From Candidatus Dojkabacteria bacterium (lineage in GTDB: Bacteria; Patescibacteriota; Dojkabacteria; B142; JAFGFJ01): a stretch of 64,000 nt of DNA. The stretch lies in contig JAFGFJ010000006.1 of NCBI GenBank assembly GCA_016931155.1, positions 472,652 to 536,651 on the forward strand. Direction: 5' to 3'. A model generated the notes under the pieces. The model ran no database searches. It was not told where the DNA came from and saw nothing but the letters and a program-made list of their open reading frames with translations. A program made the position numbers and the translations under genes. This document shows positions 57,777 to 64,000 of the stretch, one piece after another (the stretch's first letter is position 1; the number at the start of each line of letters is the position of its first letter).

Positions 57777-58841
57777 TTAGATTACTCCAGGTATAAACAT
57801 CCATTTGACTTTCTTTATGTACTTTTTATAATCGGGATCAGTCAGCAGGTGGTCTTCTTCAGTCTTTGCTCTGAAGTAGTAGATTATGTTCCATCCCAAC
57901 AAAGACACCAATCCCGCTAGTGAGAGACCTCTCATAAATCCTTCTATCCACCAGGCAATGTTTTTCGAGATATAGGCTGGATGTCGGATAAACTTGTATG
58001 GTCCTTTTGATACTATGCCTCTATTGGTAAGATTGCTTGATTTTGTGCCCAGGGCAAATGTTGCCCAAACGTAAAGTAGGTATGCAAACAACGTCAATAT
58101 TTTCAATGATCTTAATATAACAACACTTGAACCTGATGATCCAAATGTAACCAGTGTTTTCGTAATCATGAAAGTGTTTGCTGAATTACCAAATAGAAAA
58201 ACAGGGAGATTGCTCAAAAACTGTGAAGTTTGAGTATTGAGCGGAGGGTATGAAGCAAGCGCAATAAACCATCCAAAAAAAGTCGGTTCAACTGATTTTA
58301 TTTCACTCTTGAGTTCTTTGGCTTCGAATGCATATCCGAATGTGAATATCAGGGTGTCGAAAAAAAATAATAGTGTAATAATAAAATCAAATGTGTAATT
58401 AAAGTCAGCAAATAAATCAAATTTGCCACTTATCAGGTTGGAAACTCCAAGAGATACAGTTGGCCATCTTCCGATGAAAAAGGAAAACATTATTGGAAAA
58501 AAGAAAAACTTTACTGCAATGGAAAGAATTGCCGTCTTTAGCTTCTTTTTATCCACTTTTATTTTTTCTGGCTTGAAGAAATTTAGTAGATATGAGTATA
58601 AAAGAGCAATCTTGCTATCTCCAAGAGGAATCTTTTTCGTATAGCAGTAAAGGAAGTAAATCAGGTTAACAAATAAATAGATAAAAAAGAAATAGACCAG
58701 TAAACTTATTCCGTAGACGCCTATAAAGCCCTTAAAATAAGGAATTTTTGTATAAATCAGGTAAGACAGGGCAGTAAGAAGAGCTGTTCCTTCGAGGTTA
58801 ATCAATAAAAAATTTAATTCGCTATTTTTTTGTTTTCTCAT
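57777..58841 (-). CDS. Isoprenylcysteine carboxyl methyltransferase (ICMT/PEMT) family membrane protein
   Basis: Multiple TMs; RGIV.KGPY..IRHPAY, RA.TEE.HL..P.Y..Y...V. Confidence 0.85.
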   Translation of the reverse strand: MRKQKNSELNFLLINLEGTALLTALSYLIYTKIPYFKGFIGVYGISLLVYFFFIYLFVNLIYFLYCYTKKIPLGDSKIALLYSYLLNFFKPEKIKVDKKKLKTAILSIAVKFFFFPIMFSFFIGRWPTVSLGVSNLISGKFDLFADFNYTFDFIITLLFFFDTLIFTFGYAFEAKELKSEIKSVEPTFFGWFIALASYPPLNTQTSQFLSNLPVFLFGNSANTFMITKTLVTFGSSGSSVVILRSLKILTLFAYLLYVWATFALGTKSSNLTNRGIVSKGPYKFIRHPAYISKNIAWWIEGFMRGLSLAGLVSLLGWNIIYYFRAKTEEDHLLTDPDYKKYIKKVKWMFIPGVI

Positions 58842-58929
58842 CTGTTCTTCTATGGGTGTTATGAATTATAGAAGAATATAGTTGTCATAACCAGTAATTT
58901 TTACTACCATGGATTAGGAAAATAATAAA

Positions 58930-60411
58930 ATGAAGAAAGTATTTCCAATAATAATTGTTTTGTCGGCTGTGGTACTTGCAGTTGTAGCAGTTTTGGTTGG
59001 TCTAAGATTGAGACAGCCAGAAAGTACTTTGCCTGACTATATAATGGCTGAGGGTAATAATTGCTGTGGTCAGCCTGATTACGGGGTAGTATGTGACACT
59101 GACCAGAAGTTCATTGATGGCTATAATGCTTGTGTGAGTGGCGGTTGTGCTGCCTGCCGGGGAGGTGGTCCAGTTTGCGGAAATGGTCAATGTGAATCTG
59201 GTGAAACCAGTTCAAATTGCCCGGCGGACTGTGGCAGCACCTCATCAAGTAGTTCGTCAGGCGGAGCAGTCTGTGGTAATGGTCAATGTGAATCTGGGGA
59301 AAATGTCTCTAATTGTCCCGTGGATTGTGGAGGACTTGGTACTGGGATGACACAGTGCAACCAGATTGGGAATTGCTCTTATGAGACATGCCCGGATAGT
59401 GTCAGAGCGGATGGAGTAACTACAAATTGCTACCAGGAGGCAATTGCGGCTGGATGTTACAGATCTTTTTGTGGGGGTACTGAAGAGTGTAAATCGCCTG
59501 TGACTTTCATTTGCTACATGGATACAGCAGAGCAGGTGCTTGCGGCCGCGGCAAGGCAGGATGATTGTAGGCAAAATCCTCAGCCAGGAGCAAATCCACC
59601 ATCCAATATATGTGGATCTTTTCAGATAGATTGCAATGGAGGCGGCGATGGTACCGGTGGCTATGATACTTCCGGCTGTACACCATCCAGTTCTTCGTCA
59701 AGTTCCTCGTCAAGTTCAGGAGGTAGTAGTTCATCCAGTTCCTCATCAAGTTCCAGTAGCAGTTCTTCCAGTTCATCCAGCTCTTCAGGTGGAGAGGAAG
59801 AGATAGATGTTAACGTGACGAAAACTGCTTCCGAAGTATGCATTGAAGATCCAGGTATTTCAGTTGTTACCTACACTATTACTTTCTCAAATAATGGTGA
59901 ATCAGCAATTACTGTAGATATTATTGATACTCCTGATACCAGGATAATTTCCTATATAGATGTATTGACAATAAGTGATGGAGGTATACTCGATCCATCT
60001 GCCGGTCAAATAACTTGGGGTCAGATAGAAGTTGAAGCAGGTGGTGTGATCACGAGGACTTACGGAGCAAATATCCCTTCTTCTCTTTTTGGAGAAACAC
60101 TAATAAATGTAGTAATAGTAGAAGACTCTGAAACTCACGAGGAACTGGGAAGGGCGACAGCAGAAGTAATAACATGGTGTGAGCTTCCTAAAACTGCAAT
60201 ATTTTCTGATGCGATGGATAGAGTGATACTTGGTATGGTATTTGTCCTTGCTGGAATTCTTGTGTACAGGATGGATATGACTAATATTGCCCTTGATGCA
60301 TTTAGAAATATTGGTGGAGATAGATTTCTTGCTGTATTCAGTGAGAAAGAGAAGAAGAATTTAATAAAGAGGAGGATAAAGAATCTGGAAAAGAGGTCTC
60401 TCGCTAAATAA
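58930..60411 (+). CDS. Cys-rich, Ser-rich cell-surface protein with a DUF11-like domain and an LPKTA sorting-like signal
   Basis: N-terminal TM; two CGNGQCESGE.SNCP.DC repeats; poly-Ser linker; VTKT...VTYTIT..N (DUF11-like); LPKTA, TM, basic tail. Confidence 0.8.
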   Translation: MKKVFPIIIVLSAVVLAVVAVLVGLRLRQPESTLPDYIMAEGNNCCGQPDYGVVCDTDQKFIDGYNACVSGGCAACRGGGPVCGNGQCESGETSSNCPADCGSTSSSSSSGGAVCGNGQCESGENVSNCPVDCGGLGTGMTQCNQIGNCSYETCPDSVRADGVTTNCYQEAIAAGCYRSFCGGTEECKSPVTFICYMDTAEQVLAAAARQDDCRQNPQPGANPPSNICGSFQIDCNGGGDGTGGYDTSGCTPSSSSSSSSSSSGGSSSSSSSSSSSSSSSSSSSSSGGEEEIDVNVTKTASEVCIEDPGISVVTYTITFSNNGESAITVDIIDTPDTRIISYIDVLTISDGGILDPSAGQITWGQIEVEAGGVITRTYGANIPSSLFGETLINVVIVEDSETHEELGRATAEVITWCELPKTAIFSDAMDRVILGMVFVLAGILVYRMDMTNIALDAFRNIGGDRFLAVFSEKEKKNLIKRRIKNLEKRSLAK

Positions 60412-60462
60412 AATAATGGTCAATCAATTGAATGAATTGAACAAGCTATTCACTCGTTTTTT

Positions 60463-60633
60463 TATCTCTAGGAATATCTAATACTTTCAAAAATGTTTGT
60501 TATTTCCAGGAATATTTAATATCTCCAGCAATGAGTAGTATCTCCAGAAGTATTTGATTCCTCCAGAAATGCGTAATATCTCCAGAAGTATTTGATACCT
60601 CCAGGAATGAGTAATATCTCCAAGAATAGGGGT
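60463..60633. repeat. Nine-unit 19-bp tandem repeat with alternating A/B units
   Basis: Units start at 60463, 60482, 60501, 60520, 60539, 60558, 60577, 60596 and 60615; core TATCTCCAG.AA followed alternately by TATTTGA-like and TGAGTAA-like ends. Confidence 0.88.
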
Positions 60634-60640
60634 ACAAATT

Positions 60641-61687
60641 TTACCGGTTCTTCAGCATATACTTTGTTCCTCTGCCTTTTCCGTCAATTTTCAGAAGTTT
60701 CTTTTTGACAAGATCATCCAAGTCACGAAAAGCTGTCATTGTGGAAACATCCATCATGTGTACATAATCCTCTCTCTTTACTGCAGGGATATTTTGGAGA
60801 TATCGTAGTATCTTTAGTTGTCTCTTATTTAGATCTAAGAATGGTCGTCTTGTAGTTTTCTCTTCATCAGTAGACAATTTCTGAAGTTTTTCCTTCACAT
60901 CCAGCATATCATTTGATAAGTTTCTAACAAACCTTTCTACCCACAATGTCAAATCTTCGTTGCCTGCCAAAGCAGACGTCCATGATTCTATGTATTCATC
61001 TCCATATATATCAAAATTCCTGGTTATTGGTAGGAAAGTTTCTTCTATATAGCCATTTTTGTACAAAAGCAGATCAGCAATTGCTATCAATGTAAGTTTA
61101 TTTGCAGCCACAAACGGAGATATTCTCATCAGTCTGTAGATGAATATAGCAATTCTAATAACAGGATCAATTTTTCCCTGTTGCGTTTTGTACCATTCAA
61201 TAAGTGAAAGGAGTGTCTCCTGTATTCTTATAGCTTCTATGTTCTTATCTCTTAGGTCAACCCAGTTGTCCAGATTAACATCAATTTCTTCACCGCTTGT
61301 ACGGAATTTTGCTTCCCAGGATTCTTTCCATGTCGTTACCATTATTTTATTTAAATGAAGGAGAATATTCAGGTCTACATCTATATAGGTATTAGCAGTT
61401 GATGATCTTGTGAATTCAAGAGTATTTCTGAAATTATTCAAAATGATCAATTTTGCATCCTGAACATCGAGGTTTTTTCCCTCTGCAAGTCTTTCTGCAT
61501 CCTTAAGAGTAATATTTGCTCCAATTATGTGTGCCAGATGAAAAAGGTTAACTGACTTACTGTCGTTTTTTACTCTTGTAACTGCTCTGGGGGTAAAACC
61601 AGATTTCTGGATTATTATCCTTTCTCTTTCCAATTTGACAAGACTATTTACAATCGAATGAGTAAGGTTAAATTTTGGCTCGTACAT
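60641..61687 (-). CDS. Fic-fold protein with a degenerate active site and C-terminal winged HTH
   Basis: MYEPKF.LT start, ILLHLNK, P.I..A, ISPFVAANKLT in place of HPFxDGNGR; LN.RQ..IL...VS..TA.RDL..LV...G.GR.T.Y. Confidence 0.85.
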   Translation of the reverse strand: MYEPKFNLTHSIVNSLVKLERERIIIQKSGFTPRAVTRVKNDSKSVNLFHLAHIIGANITLKDAERLAEGKNLDVQDAKLIILNNFRNTLEFTRSSTANTYIDVDLNILLHLNKIMVTTWKESWEAKFRTSGEEIDVNLDNWVDLRDKNIEAIRIQETLLSLIEWYKTQQGKIDPVIRIAIFIYRLMRISPFVAANKLTLIAIADLLLYKNGYIEETFLPITRNFDIYGDEYIESWTSALAGNEDLTLWVERFVRNLSNDMLDVKEKLQKLSTDEEKTTRRPFLDLNKRQLKILRYLQNIPAVKREDYVHMMDVSTMTAFRDLDDLVKKKLLKIDGKGRGTKYMLKNR

Positions 61688-61721
61688 TGTAGTATAATAA
61701 ATTATGTTTTTTCTTCTATTA

Positions 61722-61797
61722 GCCACTCTAGCTCAGTTGGTAGAGCATCGGTATCGTAAACCGAGGGTCGCGAGTTCGATTCTCGCGGGTGGCTCCA
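61722..61797 (+). tRNA. tRNA-Thr(CGT)
   Basis: GCCACTC acceptor, TCGGT-ATCGTAA-ACCGA anticodon arm, GTTCGAT, encoded CCA. Confidence 0.93.
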
Positions 61798-61829
61798 TCG
61801 GCTTACCTTGAAATCCAACAGAATTGCTT

Positions 61830-61904
61830 TGGAGCGGCGAACCGGGCTCGAACCGGCGACCTCTTCCTTGGGAAGGAAGCATTCTACCACTGAACTACCG
61901 CCGC
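61830..61904 (-). tRNA. tRNA-Gly(CCC)
   Basis: GCGGCGG acceptor, CTTCC-TTCCCAA-GGAAG anticodon arm, GTTCGAG, encoded CCA. Confidence 0.95.
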
Positions 61905-61992
61905 ATAGGATATCTTTATCGTAGCAAAAAGCAGATACGTTTATGATACTTTAGAAAAATATTTATAGCAAGGACTATGTGTTTACGGGAAA

Positions 61993-62178
61993 TTATTTTT
62001 CGTCTTCTAATACGGTCAACTCCATTTCACCATCGCTATCAATCAACATAACTTCATATTCCATGCCGCACATCGGGCATTCGACTACGTCGCCTTCTTT
62101 CTTGTCTTCCAGACCAAATTCGTTTTTACATTCATCGCATATGAGTTTTTTGCTCACAGTTTTTAGTTTTTGATCCAT
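61993..62178 (-). CDS. LysW-like acidic zinc-ribbon protein
   Basis: CDEC...GDVVECPMCGMEYEV...EL; the C-terminus is EDEK, not EDWGE. Confidence 0.75.
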   Translation of the reverse strand: MDQKLKTVSKKLICDECKNEFGLEDKKEGDVVECPMCGMEYEVMLIDSDGEMELTVLEDEK

Positions 62179-62277
62179 AATCGGTGTGTTAAAAATATAA
62201 GACAGACCATTATAATAGATATTATCTTTTTTACGTAGTAATATCTAGTAGATTATTTCACATTTTTGGAAACGTAA

Positions 62278-63252
62278 ATGAGCATCTGGTATTACAAAAC
62301 GCTTGCATCGAAGGTTGAAGAAAAATTTAGGTTGACACAGGGTGAAGGAAATACTCCAATTGAACAAGTTTTACTTAAAACTCCGGGTTTTGAACAGGGG
62401 ATGATTATAAAACTGAAAAGAGAAGATTTGAATCCGAACGGTTCGTTTAAGGATAGGAGTTTGGCTTTTCAGGTATCCAGCTATTTCCAGAAAGGAGAAA
62501 AATCACTTGTGATATCATCTTCGGCTAATTCTGCCATAAGTGCGGTGAGTTACGCTAAGATGGCAGGAATCTGTATGCACGTCTTTGTATCTAACAGGAT
62601 AAAGGAAGGCAAAATGAAAAGACTTGAACTAGTGGCCAAACATGGAGACGTGGATAGGAGAGATGAAAATGAAGTAAAAGCTATCATACATACCTCTTAC
62701 AAACCGAAATCTGAAGCACTAAAGTTTGCCAATGATAATAAACTGGTAAATCTCAGAGGTTCTCTGGATGACAATGCACTTGAGGGCTTTAGGACTTTAG
62801 GGTACGAAATTGCTAAAGTTGCGGACATTGTGGATGCTGTATTTATTCCATGCAGCTCTGGAACAAGTACTGCAGGTCTTTACAAGGGTTTGACTGAAAT
62901 AAAGAAAAAAGAAAGTATTCAAATACCGCAAATTCATATTGTACAGACGACTAAAGTCCATCCTATTGCAAAAGAATTTGACAGAAATTTTATAAGGACA
63001 GAAGAAAGTAGAGCAGATGCAATTGTAGATAGGGTTGCTCATAGAAAGGATGAAATTATTGAGATTATTCGTAGTACGGAAGGTAACGGTTGGGTGATTT
63101 CTGATAGTGAAATAATGGATGCAAAAGATGCGTTGGAAAGTGAAGGAATATCTGTGTCTGATACAGCAGCATTGAGCGTGGCAGGGATTTTGAAAGCTGT
63201 AAGAAGTAGATGTCAGTTTATGGCTCCACTAGCGATAATTAGCGGATTATGA
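62278..63252 (+). CDS. Threonine-synthase-like fold-type II PLP enzyme
   Basis: GEGNTP, K.EDLNPNGSFKDR, SSSANSA, G..TL.YEI, P.SSGT. Confidence 0.85.
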   Translation: MSIWYYKTLASKVEEKFRLTQGEGNTPIEQVLLKTPGFEQGMIIKLKREDLNPNGSFKDRSLAFQVSSYFQKGEKSLVISSSANSAISAVSYAKMAGICMHVFVSNRIKEGKMKRLELVAKHGDVDRRDENEVKAIIHTSYKPKSEALKFANDNKLVNLRGSLDDNALEGFRTLGYEIAKVADIVDAVFIPCSSGTSTAGLYKGLTEIKKKESIQIPQIHIVQTTKVHPIAKEFDRNFIRTEESRADAIVDRVAHRKDEIIEIIRSTEGNGWVISDSEIMDAKDALESEGISVSDTAALSVAGILKAVRSRCQFMAPLAIISGL

Positions 63253-63761
63253 TTTATGCTATGCTTGCTCTAATAATTATTCTTTCTCTGCTTATTATTC
63301 TTATGGCTCCTTTTCCAGTAGTTGGCTTTTTTATTGGGGCTCCCTATTATCCTAGTAATAGCAGGAAGGTAAAAAAGATGATTGAACTTGCTGATCTCAG
63401 AAAGGGGCAGACCGTTGCAGACCTTGGTGCAGGTGATGGCAGAGTAATTTATGAGGCTTCAAAAAAAGGAGTAGAAGCTCACTGTATAGAAATAAATCCC
63501 ATACTTACCCTGTATTCGAGATTAAAATTCAGAAAGATAAAAAATATAAAAATAATAAATAAAAACATGTGGAAAGTCGATCTCTCAAGCTATGACAGGA
63601 TATTTTTATTTTGTCTTTCCAAGGAAATGAAAAAGTTTGAGAAGAAACTACAGATGGAAATGAAACCTGGTTCTCTTGTTATTTCAAATATTTTTAAGTT
63701 TAACAAATGGATACCAGTGAAAGCGCAGGATAGTATTTACGTTTATAAGGTAACAAAATGA
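63249..63761 (+). CDS. SAM-dependent methyltransferase with N-terminal TM
   Basis: GAPY.PS, DLGAGDGRV, EINP, KL..E.KPG..V.S..F. Confidence 0.88.
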   Translation: MIYAMLALIIILSLLIILMAPFPVVGFFIGAPYYPSNSRKVKKMIELADLRKGQTVADLGAGDGRVIYEASKKGVEAHCIEINPILTLYSRLKFRKIKNIKIINKNMWKVDLSSYDRIFLFCLSKEMKKFEKKLQMEMKPGSLVISNIFKFNKWIPVKAQDSIYVYKVTK

Positions 63762-64000
63762 TAAACCAGAATTTAGTACAGAAAATTAATAAATTAACCA
63801 GAAATTCACCTATTTTTTACGTTACAAATGATGCTGAACGGGCACTCGGGCTCGAAAAGATTTTAAATAATTTTCACATTGTGTGCATAGATCACAATGA
63901 TATGGTTGATTATATGTTGAATGATGGTGTGAAAGTTTTCTGTCTTGAAAAAGAACTTGGAGAAAAAAATGTAATATTCAGAAATTCAGCAAAGCTTTTA
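63758..64000 (+). CDS. Partial ORF (runs off window end), possibly an ATP-grasp family protein
   Basis: ATGA overlap with the methyltransferase; MINQNLVQ...IFYVTNDAERALGLE...FCLE...RNSAKLL is open to the end; the family guess rests on N-terminal resemblance only. Confidence 0.5.
   Translation, partial: MINQNLVQKINKLTRNSPIFYVTNDAERALGLEKILNNFHIVCIDHNDMVDYMLNDGVKVFCLEKELGEKNVIFRNSAKLL

Noticed and set aside
60463-60633. CRISPR array
   Set aside because: Units abut with no unique spacers, the 19-bp period is too short, and no cas genes are present.
61702-61890. 62-aa ORF
   Set aside because: It overlaps tRNA-Thr and tRNA-Gly and is a typical tRNA shadow ORF.

Overview
AT-rich chromosomal segment that uses the standard code (TAA, TAG and TGA all end real genes). 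Gene content suggests a Patescibacteria/CPR bacterium, possibly Dojkabacteria; this is inference from reduced, shuffled housekeeping genes and a Cys/Ser-rich surface protein. The window holds hisS, aspS, lysS, mnmA, miaA, rsmE, a dcw-like cluster (mraZ-rsmH-ftsL-ftsI-murA...murE), mraY, an Mpl/MurC-like ligase, repair genes (mfd, mutS, uvrC, dinB, lexA, ssb), an ABC-2 exporter, ppa and six tRNAs. The most striking feature is an NrdR-controlled class II (B12) ribonucleotide reductase operon with three diverged, apparently intact catalytic barrels. One barrel is a stand-alone 598-aa protein. The other two are fused in tandem in a 1454-aa protein that carries the only C-terminal TSCPD/Zn-ribbon module. 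Each barrel has a different specificity loop. Other notable items: an AspRS fused to a YbaK-type editing domain; a P-loop-less MurF-like protein coupled to an ECF sigma inside the dcw cluster; tandem TTCGG-N6-TTCGG operators at both the lexA and dinB promoters; a promoter followed by a lone hairpin (candidate sRNA); a 19-bp intergenic tandem array; a motif-dead Fic-wHTH protein; a small ORF with an SSB-tail-like motif; and a LysW-like carrier next to PLP-enzyme, methyltransferase and possible ATP-grasp genes. No CRISPR array, transposase or integrase was seen. All calls come from reading the sequence; no database searches were run.
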